A stretch of DNA of 32,000 nt, taken from NCBI RefSeq assembly GCF_000009705.1, contig NC_003272.1, forward strand, positions 4,140,001-4,172,000, in the 5' to 3' direction. Numbering within the stretch: the first letter of the stretch is position 1; every line of letters begins with the position of its first letter. Shown here piece after piece: positions 18,588-28,892 of the stretch. This stretch comes from Nostoc sp. PCC 7120 = FACHB-418. Its GTDB lineage: Bacteria > Cyanobacteriota > Cyanobacteriia > Cyanobacteriales > Nostocaceae. Both the position numbers and the translations under genes were made by a program. The notes beneath the pieces are model-generated. The model made no database searches, was not told the DNA's origin, and saw only the letters and a program-made list of their open reading frames with translations.

Positions 18588-20141
18588 ATGACTCAACAAA
18601 ATGGCAAAGTTTACCTTGTAGGTGCGGGGCCGGGAGATGTGGCATACCTCACAGTGAAAGCTTATAATCTACTGGCTACGGCTCAAGTGTTGGTTTATGA
18701 TGCCCTAGTGGATGAGCAATTGTTGCAGTGTGTATCATCTGATTGTCTGAAACTAGATGTAGGGAAGCGTGGCGGTAAACCCAGCACACCGCAAACGGAA
18801 ATCAATAATTTATTAGTTAAGTTCTGCCAAGAAGGTGCATTAGTCGTTAGGTTGAAATCAGGTGACCCGTTTATTTTTGGTCGGAGTACCTCAGAAATTG
18901 AGGCTTTGAAAGCAGCAGGCTGTGAATTTGAAGTAGTACCAGGAATTTCCTCAGCTATAGCAGCACCTTTATTAGCAGGAATCCCGCTTACAGACCCGGT
19001 GATGAGTCGTTGCTTTGCAGTGCTGACAGCCCATGAACCAGAAGTTTTAGACTGGGAGGCGCTATCAAGGTTAGACACCCTAGTCATATTAATGGGTGGG
19101 AAAAACCTCGCAGATATTGTACATGAACTTCTACGGAGAGAGCGATCGCATCTCACACCTATAGCTATTATTCGCTGGGCAGGAACCCCCAGTCAAGAAA
19201 TTTGGACTGGTCAACTGGGGGATATTCTCCAACAAACAGCAGGTTTATCTCTCTCCCCAGTCGTTATCGTCATTGGTGAAGTCGTCAGGCTACGCAAGTA
19301 CCTACAACCTGAGAAAATATTTCCAGAGAACTCAACTACACCTATGTCCAGCAACCAACCTCTCACTGGAAAAACCATCCTCGTCACCCGTTCATCTGGT
19401 CAATCGAGTCAATTTAGCGATCGCCTAACTACACTTGGCGCTACAGTAATTGAAATGCCAGCGTTAGAAATAGGCCCCCCTTCTAGTTGGAAAGAGTTAG
19501 ATCAGGCGATCGCTAATTTATCTCACTTTGACTGGTTAATTCTCACTTCCACCAACGGCGTAGATTATTTCTTTGAAAGGCTATATATCCAAGGTAAAGA
19601 TACTCGTGCTTTAGCTGGGTTAAAAATCGCTGTCGTTGGGGAAAAAACCTCCCAAAGCCTCAAACAAAGAGGAATCCAAGCAGATTTTATTCCCCCTAAC
19701 TTTGTGGCTGATTCTTTAGTAGAGCATTTTCCCGAATCACTACTAAATAAAAAGATTTTATTCCCCAGAGTGGAAAGCGGCGGTAGGGAAATTTTAGTCA
19801 AAGAATTATCCGCAAAAGGTGCAGATGTCATTGAAGTAGCTGCTTATCAATCTTGTTGTCCCACTAGTATTCCCCTAGCAGCAGAACTAGCCTTAAAAAA
19901 TCGCACAATACATATCATTACCTTTGCCAGTTCTAAAACCGTGCAGTTTTTCTGTCAACTTGCAGACAAAATATTTCCTCACAATATTCCCAATGCTTTA
20001 GAAGGAATATGTATTGCTTCCATCGGACCCCAAACTTCAAAAACTTGTCATACCCTATTAGGTAGAGTCGATATAGAAGCTGAAGAATACACCTTAGATG
20101 GATTAACCCAAGCAATCATCCAATGGTCATTAAAACCCTAA
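18588..20141 (+). CDS. cobA: uroporphyrinogen-III C-methyltransferase fused to uroporphyrinogen-III synthase
   Basis: N-terminal GKVYLVGAGPGDVAYLTVKA...VYDALV...RLKSGDPFIFGR (SUMT). C-terminal LTGKTILVTRSSGQSS...LILTSTNGV (HemD). Confidence 0.85.
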   Translation: MTQQNGKVYLVGAGPGDVAYLTVKAYNLLATAQVLVYDALVDEQLLQCVSSDCLKLDVGKRGGKPSTPQTEINNLLVKFCQEGALVVRLKSGDPFIFGRSTSEIEALKAAGCEFEVVPGISSAIAAPLLAGIPLTDPVMSRCFAVLTAHEPEVLDWEALSRLDTLVILMGGKNLADIVHELLRRERSHLTPIAIIRWAGTPSQEIWTGQLGDILQQTAGLSLSPVVIVIGEVVRLRKYLQPEKIFPENSTTPMSSNQPLTGKTILVTRSSGQSSQFSDRLTTLGATVIEMPALEIGPPSSWKELDQAIANLSHFDWLILTSTNGVDYFFERLYIQGKDTRALAGLKIAVVGEKTSQSLKQRGIQADFIPPNFVADSLVEHFPESLLNKKILFPRVESGGREILVKELSAKGADVIEVAAYQSCCPTSIPLAAELALKNRTIHIITFASSKTVQFFCQLADKIFPHNIPNALEGICIASIGPQTSKTCHTLLGRVDIEAEEYTLDGLTQAIIQWSLKP

Positions 20142-20340
20142 AACCCTCATCAATGAACCAATCAAAATAACTTCCCTAAATCCCAGCCAATCAGCTTCAA
20201 AAAACCTCCGCGTCACTCTGCTCTTACCTCCCATCCCTCTGCGTTAAAAAAATTGCCTAATTTATACAAATTATCATTCATTATTACTAATACTAGTCAT
20301 TTTTGATGCTAAAACAAGAATAACTAATCACAGTGTATAT

Positions 20341-22437
20341 ATGGTAACTCCAAATAAAGAAAAAGCATTATTACTGTTACGTCAGGCATTAGATAACCCA
20401 ACATCTAATTTTCGTCCAGGACAGTGGGAAGCAATAGAAGAATTAATTGAAAGGCGATCACGTTTACTCGTCGTCCAACGTACTGGCTGGGGTAAAAGCT
20501 TAGTTTATTTTTTAGCAACAAAACTATTGAGAGATAAAGGTGCTGGCTGTACCCTTTTAATTTCACCCCTACTAGCCTTGATGCGAAATCAAATTGCAGC
20601 CGCACAACGCATTGGAATCAAAGCTGCAACAATTAACTCTAGTAATCAAGATGAATGGCGAGCCGTCAAAACACAATTATTAGCAGGACAAGTAGATATT
20701 TTACTGATTTCCCCTGAAAGACTAGCTAATAATGATTTTAGGGAGAATATTCTCTTACCAATATCTCAAAGTATAGGCTTATTTGTAGTTGATGAAGCCC
20801 ATTGTATTTCTGATTGGGGGCATGACTTTCGCCCTGATTATCGGCGAATTGTGAGAATTTTACAAGGACTACCAAAAAATATTCCTATCCTCGCTACAAC
20901 GGCTACTGCTAATAACCGAGTTATTGATGATATTATCGCTCAATTAGGTGCTAATTTGCAGGTTGTGAGAGGTAATTTAACTAGAGAAAGTCTGCGGTTG
21001 CAAAATATTTCCCTTCCCAGTCCAGCAGCAAGAATGGCTTGGTTAGTCGAACAATTACCTCAACTACCTGGAAGCGGAATCATCTATACATTAACAGTGA
21101 GAGATGCTAATCGGGTTGCTAACTGGTTACAAACTCAAGGCATTAATGCTAAGTCATACCATAGCGATTTAGAAAGTGATATTCGTATAACATTAGAAGA
21201 CGAACTATTAAATAATCAAATTAAAGCTTTAGTAGCGACTACGGCTTTAGGTATGGGTTTTGATAAACCAGATTTAGGTTTTGTGATTCATTATCAACGC
21301 CCTGGTTCGGTTGTCCACTATTATCAACAAGTAGGCAGAGCAGGTAGAGCAGTAGACATTGCTTATGGCATTCTTCTGAGTGGTGATGAAGATGAGGAAA
21401 TTACTAACTACTTTATTAATACAGCTTTTCCCCCACAAATTCATACTCAACAGGTTCTGAACATACTCAACCAAGAAGAAGGTCTTTCAGTACCACAATT
21501 AGAACAAAAATTAAATCTTTCTAGAGGACAAATCGACAAAGTTTTAAAACTGTTATCATTGGAATCTCCTAGCCCAGTCACTAAAATAGATTCTAAATGG
21601 TATGTGACTGCTATTAACTATCAATATGATGAACAAAAAATTGCCAACTTAACAGCAATTCGCCGCCAAGAACAAGCCACAATGTCAGCATATATGCAGA
21701 GTCAACAATGCTTAATGGCTTTTCTGGCAACCGAATTAGATGACGCAAATCCGCAAAATTGTGGTAAATGTGCTGTTTGCGTAGGTAGACCTTTGCTACC
21801 AGTAAATTGTTCAATAGAAATGCTAAATCAAGCTGTTTTATATTTACGTCGCAGTCAACAAATCATTGAACCGCGTAAACAATGGCCCTCACAAGCATTA
21901 CTCAGTTATAAATTTTCTGGAAATATTAGCAATAATTTAAGGGCGCAGGAAGGAAGGGCATTATCATTGTGGGGTGATGCTGGTTGGGGTGAATTAGTAA
22001 AACAAGGTAAATATAGAGATAATTATTTTAATGATGTATTGGTGCAAGGTACTGTAGAGATGATTAAACGTTGGCAACCACAACCGTTTCCTAGTTGGGT
22101 GACTTGTGTGCCTTCATTAAATCGTCCAGAACTTGTACCAAACTTTGCTCAAAGGTTAGCTGAGAAGCTAGGTATAACTTTTGTGCCAATTGTGCGTAAG
22201 GTTAAGCAAACACAGCTACAGAAAGATATGAGCAACAGTTACCAACAAGCTCATAATTTGGATGGCGCATTTAAAATTGATGCTTGGCCAGGAATTGGTG
22301 GTTCTGTATTCTTAGTGGATGATATGGTAGATTCCCGTTGGACTTTTACTGTAATTGCGGCGCTTTTACGCGGTGCTGGTAGTGGACAGGTTTTTCCTGT
22401 GGCATTAGCCCTCAATACATTAGGTCAAGGGGATTAG
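20341..22437 (+). CDS. RecQ-family helicase fused to a C-terminal ComF-like phosphoribosyltransferase domain (PsyrT/RqlH-like)
   Basis: Helicase motifs: VVQRTGWGKSLVY (I), FVVDEAHCISDWGHDFRPDY (II, RecQ-type), LATTATA (III), HYYQQVGRAGR (VI). Cys cluster CGKCAVC. C-terminus: WVTCVPS...QTQLQKDMSNSYQQAHNLDGAFKI...VFLVDDMVDSRWT, the ComFC/PRTase layout with an atypical PRPP loop (DSR in place of TTG). Confidence 0.8.
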   Translation: MVTPNKEKALLLLRQALDNPTSNFRPGQWEAIEELIERRSRLLVVQRTGWGKSLVYFLATKLLRDKGAGCTLLISPLLALMRNQIAAAQRIGIKAATINSSNQDEWRAVKTQLLAGQVDILLISPERLANNDFRENILLPISQSIGLFVVDEAHCISDWGHDFRPDYRRIVRILQGLPKNIPILATTATANNRVIDDIIAQLGANLQVVRGNLTRESLRLQNISLPSPAARMAWLVEQLPQLPGSGIIYTLTVRDANRVANWLQTQGINAKSYHSDLESDIRITLEDELLNNQIKALVATTALGMGFDKPDLGFVIHYQRPGSVVHYYQQVGRAGRAVDIAYGILLSGDEDEEITNYFINTAFPPQIHTQQVLNILNQEEGLSVPQLEQKLNLSRGQIDKVLKLLSLESPSPVTKIDSKWYVTAINYQYDEQKIANLTAIRRQEQATMSAYMQSQQCLMAFLATELDDANPQNCGKCAVCVGRPLLPVNCSIEMLNQAVLYLRRSQQIIEPRKQWPSQALLSYKFSGNISNNLRAQEGRALSLWGDAGWGELVKQGKYRDNYFNDVLVQGTVEMIKRWQPQPFPSWVTCVPSLNRPELVPNFAQRLAEKLGITFVPIVRKVKQTQLQKDMSNSYQQAHNLDGAFKIDAWPGIGGSVFLVDDMVDSRWTFTVIAALLRGAGSGQVFPVALALNTLGQGD

Positions 22438-22443
22438 AAGACG

Positions 22444-23691
22444 ATGTTAAATCATGTTTTGCCACCGGATACTCAAGCAATTTTGCTCTTGTGTGCTAGC
22501 TTTGGGCAAAGTCGCCAAGTTGAACCACAACCCTTAACCTTAAGTGAGTATAATTCTTTAGCTGAATGGTTGCTGCAACAGGAAATGCGTCCAGCACATT
22601 TACTCGAATCAACAGTAAAAGAACAATTAAAACAACTTCATATCAGTAAACTTGACCCTGAGAGGCTGTTAGCTTTATTAGCACGGGGCGCAATGCTAAG
22701 TTTAGCCGTAGAAAAATGGACAAGTCGCGGATTATGGATACTTGGACGTAGTGACGCACAGTATCCTAAACTACTGAAACAGCGTCTAAAACATTCAGCA
22801 CCAGCAATTCTTTATGGCGTTGGCAAGATTGAACTTTTGTCACAGGGAGGACTAGCAATTGTCGGTTCCCGTGACGTAGATGAAGAGTTACTTGCTTATA
22901 CGCGAAAAGTTGCAGAAACTAGCGCTTTAGACGGAATGCAGGTAATTTCCGGTGCAGCCCGTGGTGTAGACCAAGAGGCTATGTTAAGTATTTTGAATGC
23001 TGGAGGCACATCTGTTGGTGTACTGGCGGATAGTTTGACCAAAGCCGCAGTCAATAGCAAGTATCGCTCCAGTCTTAAAGAAGGTAGACTAGCGCTAATT
23101 TCTAGTTATGATCCTGACGCTGGTTTCAATACTGGTAATGCAATGGGGCGCAACAAGTACATTTATGCTCTAGCTGATTACGCCCTTGTAGTTAATTCTT
23201 CTTTCGGTCAAGGAGGTACTTGGGCTGGTGCGGTAGAGGCTCTTTCTCGACTCAAAGAAATACCAGTCTTTGTGCGAATGGCTCCAACCGCATCAGAAGG
23301 TAATCGGCAATTACATAATCAGGGAGCAAAACCTTTTCCACCTGAACCTTGGAATGGTTCTTTAAATAAACTATTAGCAAAAGCTAGTTCTCTGGTTGAA
23401 TCGATTGATACCAATATCATCCAGCTTCCTCCAGAAAAATCCCAGGATACACAAAGCCACGAGTTATCATCAACCCCGCAAAACATCTATGAAGCTGTTT
23501 TACCTTTCATTCTTGGTCATTTACAGCAACCAAAGGATGCAAAAACTTTGGCACAATGTTTAGAAGTCCAACCATCTCAAATGCAAGAATGGTTGAAAAA
23601 AGCAGTACAAGAAGGGAAAGTGAGAAAAACTAATAGGCCAGTGGCTTATATAGCTAATCAACTTGTCACTCAACTTTCTTTATTGTCATAA
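22444..23691 (+). CDS. DprA/Smf-like (SLOG-fold) protein with C-terminal winged-helix (PsyrA/RqlI-like)
   Basis: LAIVGSRDVDEE, VISGAARGVDQEA, GVLADSL, MGRNKYIYALADYALVV and GGTWAGAVEAL match the DprA Rossmann core. The C-terminal IYEAVLPFILGHLQQPKDAKTLAQCLEVQPSQMQEWLKKAVQEGKV looks like a wHTH. Starts 6 nt after the helicase stop. Confidence 0.75.
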   Translation: MLNHVLPPDTQAILLLCASFGQSRQVEPQPLTLSEYNSLAEWLLQQEMRPAHLLESTVKEQLKQLHISKLDPERLLALLARGAMLSLAVEKWTSRGLWILGRSDAQYPKLLKQRLKHSAPAILYGVGKIELLSQGGLAIVGSRDVDEELLAYTRKVAETSALDGMQVISGAARGVDQEAMLSILNAGGTSVGVLADSLTKAAVNSKYRSSLKEGRLALISSYDPDAGFNTGNAMGRNKYIYALADYALVVNSSFGQGGTWAGAVEALSRLKEIPVFVRMAPTASEGNRQLHNQGAKPFPPEPWNGSLNKLLAKASSLVESIDTNIIQLPPEKSQDTQSHELSSTPQNIYEAVLPFILGHLQQPKDAKTLAQCLEVQPSQMQEWLKKAVQEGKVRKTNRPVAYIANQLVTQLSLLS

Positions 23692-23725
23692 AACAGTCTC
23701 CAAACCACATTAAAATAATTGCACA

Positions 23726-24418
23726 ATGCTCACCCCACAGGAGTATCCAGTTGTGCAGCCGGACTTAATGGGTTTAGAAATCAGTAAAGGAGAACTGAGA
23801 CGCTTAACTGGGGTGTCACCAGAGAGAGTCCTTCGTCCTGGTGCGATCGCTAACCGTCAACAGCGCTTAAAATTTTGGCAGAATGAAATCTCGTTAGTAT
23901 TTGTACTATCTATAGTCATTGTTGGCTTAATTTACGGCTTGATTATTCTGCCAGCAATCGGTTCGGCAATTTCGTTAGGTATAATTTTATTCATTATAGT
24001 TGCAGTAGTGCTGTTACTAGGGCGATCGCTCTGGCAACGTCTCCAAACCCCAAAGGTACTCATAAAGCTTTTAGATGCAGTTGACCATTATCACGCCTTA
24101 ATCGTAGCGGTGGATGTAAACGACCAGTTGGCAGTGTCTGGAGATTTAGATAATAGTCTTGATGATAGAGAGCAAGTTATCACCACCTTGCAACTGTTAC
24201 GAGAAGATTTAGTCCAAGCTTTGAAAACAGCGCGGCTTTTGCGGGATAATAAAAAACTGCTTGCTAATCAACAAGAGCTATTTGTCAATAATGTCACCAA
24301 TATTCAAGCCATTAAAGACAGTACTCAGGCTAGCGAATATGGTCAGATTATCAATCAATTATTGCAGATTGACCTTGATGTACAAGCAGAATTGAGAAAA
24401 TTACAATCTCAGTGCTGA
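23726..24418 (+). CDS. membrane protein (two TM helices) with C-terminal coiled coil, function unknown
   Basis: Hydrophobic stretches ISLVFVLSIVIVGLIYGLIILPAI and ISLGIILFIIVAVVLLLG. The C-terminal half is heptad-rich. It contains two HIP1 sites, unlike the two genes upstream. Confidence 0.55.
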   Translation: MLTPQEYPVVQPDLMGLEISKGELRRLTGVSPERVLRPGAIANRQQRLKFWQNEISLVFVLSIVIVGLIYGLIILPAIGSAISLGIILFIIVAVVLLLGRSLWQRLQTPKVLIKLLDAVDHYHALIVAVDVNDQLAVSGDLDNSLDDREQVITTLQLLREDLVQALKTARLLRDNKKLLANQQELFVNNVTNIQAIKDSTQASEYGQIINQLLQIDLDVQAELRKLQSQC

Positions 24419-24437
24419 GTAATGAGTAATGAGTAAA
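24411..24437 (+). repeat. STRR-like heptamer tandem repeat (TGAGTAA x3) overlapping the stop codon
   Basis: AGTGCTGAGTAATGAGTAATGAGTAAA. The TGA of the first unit (24416-24418) is the stop codon of the upstream gene. Confidence 0.7.
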
Positions 24438-24527
24438 TCATTCATTAACGATGTACTTGCTACAAGCACCTTATAAACTTGCTTTTCACTTAGCACTTTC
24501 TAACTCCGCACTCACCCACTCTTCATT

Positions 24528-25853
24528 ATGAGCAACAAACCAAAAATAATTGTCTTGGATGATGACCCTACCGGTTCTCAAACAGTCCATAGCTGTTTGC
24601 TGCTGATGCGTTGGGATGTGGAGACTTTACGCACAGGCTTGAGGGATGAGGCACCGATTGTCTTTATACTTACTAATACTAGAGCATTACCAGCAGAATC
24701 AGCCGCATCAGTGACTAGAGAGGTCTGCCAAAACTTGAAGGTAGCGCTGGCTGCTGAAGGCGTGAATGACTTTCTCGTTGTCAGCCGTTCTGATTCTACC
24801 TTGCGCGGACATTATCCTATTGAAACCGATGCGATCGCTCAAGAATTAGGCCCTTTTGATGCCCATTTTCTTGTCCCTGCTTTCTTTGAGGGGGGACGCA
24901 TCACCCGCGACAGCATACATTACTTAATTATTGATGGTGTACCTACCCCAGTTCACGAAACTGAATTTGCGCGTGATTCAGTTTTTGCCTACCATTACAG
25001 CTACTTACCTAAGTATGTGGAGGAAAAAACCAAAGGTAGTATTAATGCTGAGTCTGTGGAACGGTTCTTACTAAACGATATTCGTGCTGGAAGTTTAGAA
25101 CGCTTACTCAAACTGACAGGTAATCGATGCGGTGTCGTGGATGGGGAAACTCAAGCGGATCTCAACCGTTTTGCTGTGGATGTATTAGCCGCCGCCAGTC
25201 AAGGTAAACGCTTTCTATTCCGCAGTGCTGCCAGTATTTTAACAGCATTGGCTGCCCTCCCTCCCCAGCCAATCGCCGCCGAAAATATGGCTGAGTATGT
25301 GCGAAAAAGTAAGCCAGGAGCCGTAATAGTCGGTTCTCATGTCAAAAAGACCACACAGCAACTAGAGGCACTGTTGGAAGTTGCGGGAACAGTGGGAATC
25401 GAAGTTAATGTGTCACGATTGCTTGATAATCAGATAGATGCAGCTAATATACTGTTATCTGAAATTAAAACGAGTGTTGAGGAAGTACACGAATCTGGTA
25501 AAACACCAGTAGTTTATACGAGTCGTCAAGAACTCACATTTAAGGATGTTAAAACGCGGTTGGATTTTGGCATCAAAGTATCAAGTTTATTAATGGATAT
25601 TGTCCGTAATTTCCCCCCTGACATTGGATTTCTCATCAGTAAGGGGGGAATTACTTCCAATGATGTATTAAGCACTGGATTAGCTTTAACTTCTGCCCGA
25701 TTGCTTGGTCAAATTTTACCTGGATGTTCGATGGTGCTAACATCGTCTAACCACCCTCAATTTCCCGATTTACCAGTAGTATTGTTTCCAGGGAACGTTG
25801 GTGATACTAACGCCTTGGGAAAAGTTTATCAAAGATTAACTAAAAATACTTAA
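24528..25853 (+). CDS. four-carbon acid sugar kinase family protein (DUF1537, OtnK/DtnK-like)
   Basis: The N-terminal IIVLDDDPTGSQTV signature and the length of about 440 aa are typical of the family. Confidence 0.7.
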   Translation: MSNKPKIIVLDDDPTGSQTVHSCLLLMRWDVETLRTGLRDEAPIVFILTNTRALPAESAASVTREVCQNLKVALAAEGVNDFLVVSRSDSTLRGHYPIETDAIAQELGPFDAHFLVPAFFEGGRITRDSIHYLIIDGVPTPVHETEFARDSVFAYHYSYLPKYVEEKTKGSINAESVERFLLNDIRAGSLERLLKLTGNRCGVVDGETQADLNRFAVDVLAAASQGKRFLFRSAASILTALAALPPQPIAAENMAEYVRKSKPGAVIVGSHVKKTTQQLEALLEVAGTVGIEVNVSRLLDNQIDAANILLSEIKTSVEEVHESGKTPVVYTSRQELTFKDVKTRLDFGIKVSSLLMDIVRNFPPDIGFLISKGGITSNDVLSTGLALTSARLLGQILPGCSMVLTSSNHPQFPDLPVVLFPGNVGDTNALGKVYQRLTKNT

Positions 25854-25933
25854 GTGAGGATGTTGTTGTAATTAGCAACTAGTTTAATATTGGTAATTAC
25901 CGGGTCTGTCCCTCGTCTTTTGGCTGGTACTGC

Positions 25934-27034
25934 ATGACTTCTGATTCTGCCATCCCCAATTTAGGGTCAAATTCTGCATTTTCGGATGCAGAGTCTAATT
26001 CTACCGTTGTCAATCCCAAGTCAAATTCTACGTCGCCTGATGCAGAATCTAACTCGGTGATTCCTGATGCGGAACTAAATTCTGTTCTTCAGTACTTAAA
26101 GTTAAATGCTGAAGTTACTAATGTCGAGTCCGATGCGCCAATGGTGGATGAGCAGGTCAATTCTGCACCTGCTCATATCAACTTACCCGACCTCGACTTA
26201 GATTTAGAACCAATTTCTCCGGCGACAGATGTAAACTCTAACTCTGGTTGGTTGAGTCTGAATTCTCCTGAGTCAGTGGTGGATAATAAAGTCAAAAATA
26301 ATATCCAAGTACAATTAAAAACAGAAGCTGGACGACTATTAGTAGTTTTACCTACCGAATTACAAGTACCTGCAACCGAATTTACTTGGTCTGATATCTG
26401 GCAACAATTGAAGTTCCGTTTAAATGCGGGCGATCGCCTCCGTACCCGGAACACAACCGTACACCTAGTAGCATACGATCGCCTGTTAGATGGTAGGCAA
26501 CTGCAACAACTCGCGGAAACCTTTAGTGAAGTGCAACTGCAACTCAAATCTGTTGCTACCAGTCGCCGACAAACGGCGATCGCGGCCGTCACATCCGGTT
26601 ATTCTGTAGAACAATTACAACCAGAAACCATCCTCAGTTCGGAACCGAAAGCAACTTCCACACCCCAAGCCGACGCTCTGTATCTGGAAATGACCATCCG
26701 TTCTGGAGTGGAAATTCGTCACCCAGGCACAGTAATTTTATTGGGAGATATCAATCCAGGTGGTATCGTAGTGGCAGATGGCGACATTCTGGTGTGGGGT
26801 CGTCTGCGGGGAATCGCTCATGCAGGGGCTGGGGGTAATCGTGATTGTCTCATCATGTCCCTGCAAATGGAACCAACCCAATTGCGTATCGCTGATGCTG
26901 TAGCTAGAGCGCCAGAAAAATCACCGACGCACTTTTTCCCCGAAGTAGCACATATTACTTCACAAGGAATACGTATCGTCAGATCTACTGATTTTTCTAG
27001 AAACCAAATAAGTAAGATCAATCAGACACCATAA
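25934..27034 (+). CDS. minC: septum site-determining protein MinC with long low-complexity N-terminal extension
   Basis: The C-terminal beta-helix region GTVILLGDINPGGIVVADGDILVWGRLRGIAHAG is canonical MinC. It is followed by minD and minE. Confidence 0.85.
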   Translation: MTSDSAIPNLGSNSAFSDAESNSTVVNPKSNSTSPDAESNSVIPDAELNSVLQYLKLNAEVTNVESDAPMVDEQVNSAPAHINLPDLDLDLEPISPATDVNSNSGWLSLNSPESVVDNKVKNNIQVQLKTEAGRLLVVLPTELQVPATEFTWSDIWQQLKFRLNAGDRLRTRNTTVHLVAYDRLLDGRQLQQLAETFSEVQLQLKSVATSRRQTAIAAVTSGYSVEQLQPETILSSEPKATSTPQADALYLEMTIRSGVEIRHPGTVILLGDINPGGIVVADGDILVWGRLRGIAHAGAGGNRDCLIMSLQMEPTQLRIADAVARAPEKSPTHFFPEVAHITSQGIRIVRSTDFSRNQISKINQTP

Positions 27035-27079
27035 ATATTTAAGATATTTGTCTAACCATAAATCCAGCACATAGTTATC

Positions 27080-28212
<1,133 letters not shown>

Positions 28213-28303
28213 ATGTACTGTTTTTATGATTTATTAACGAGTTTGTCAATTGACAACACATCGTTAGATTATGCTGCTCAATAATTTATACACAACTATG
28301 GTT

Positions 28304-28822
28304 TTAGGTAATTCCTCGAAAACCATAATAAATACAAGCTAAACTACCAACTATATAAACAAACCAGGTCAGAAAAAAACCAATCGCTCTTCCAGGTGAA
28401 GGGCCGTAAGTTTGAATTACTCCCCAAGCATGGGCAACACGAGCAAAAGTCAGTATAGCCCCAAGTAACCATACCAGCCAAGTCTCACCCTGCATAAGTT
28501 CCAGTGCTAATACAAACAGTAATCCATGAGGTACATACTCAGTGAAATTGCCGTAGGCTCTAACCTTACGTTGCAGTAAGCCATCATCACTTTCATCACT
28601 TTTGGTATTGGCGATTAGTTTTTGAGTTGTAGTCTCAACCATAGTAGCCCAAGCATTAGGGCTTGCCAGTGGGTCTGGCTGTTTGGCTACATCGTCTGGT
28701 GATTCGCCATGCCAGATCCTAGTTTTTGTCCGTTCCATTACCGCAATATAAGAGAGAGTTAAAGCAGTAAGACCATTGATCCCGATGAAAAGGGTAGATA
28801 CGGGTATTAGGTTTTTCATCAT
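28304..28822 (-). CDS. MAPEG family membrane protein
   Basis: RAYGNFTEYVPHGLLFVLALEL matches the MAPEG signature (R..N..E..P). Four predicted TM segments. Confidence 0.65.
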   Translation of the reverse strand: MMKNLIPVSTLFIGINGLTALTLSYIAVMERTKTRIWHGESPDDVAKQPDPLASPNAWATMVETTTQKLIANTKSDESDDGLLQRKVRAYGNFTEYVPHGLLFVLALELMQGETWLVWLLGAILTFARVAHAWGVIQTYGPSPGRAIGFFLTWFVYIVGSLACIYYGFRGIT

Positions 28823-28892
28823 TGTGATTTCTTACACTACCTATATTCACAACTTTATTTGGAATCATACGATTATTAACCTGCCCCTGGGC

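Noticed and set aside
18695-19156. 153-aa minus-strand ORF, together with similar antisense ORFs at 26173-26592, 27250-27507 and 13961-14242
   Set aside because: All lie antisense within well-supported genes (cobA-hemD, minC, minD, holA). Their Ser/Arg-rich composition is typical of antisense frames.
20204-20245. ACCTCCGCGTCACTCTGC...CCCTCTGCGTT motif upstream of the helicase gene, reminiscent of CTCTGCG-type intergenic repeats I associate with Nostoc genomes
   Set aside because: There is only one copy in this window, and my memory of the repeat family is too vague to name it. It needs a genome-wide search.
28243-28256. Perfect 14-nt palindrome TTGTCAATTGACAA between the convergent minE and MAPEG genes
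   Set aside because: It is too short and AT-rich to call a terminator, with only a 5-bp stem once a loop is allowed, and no matching regulator is evident. It may occur by chance in AT-rich spacer.
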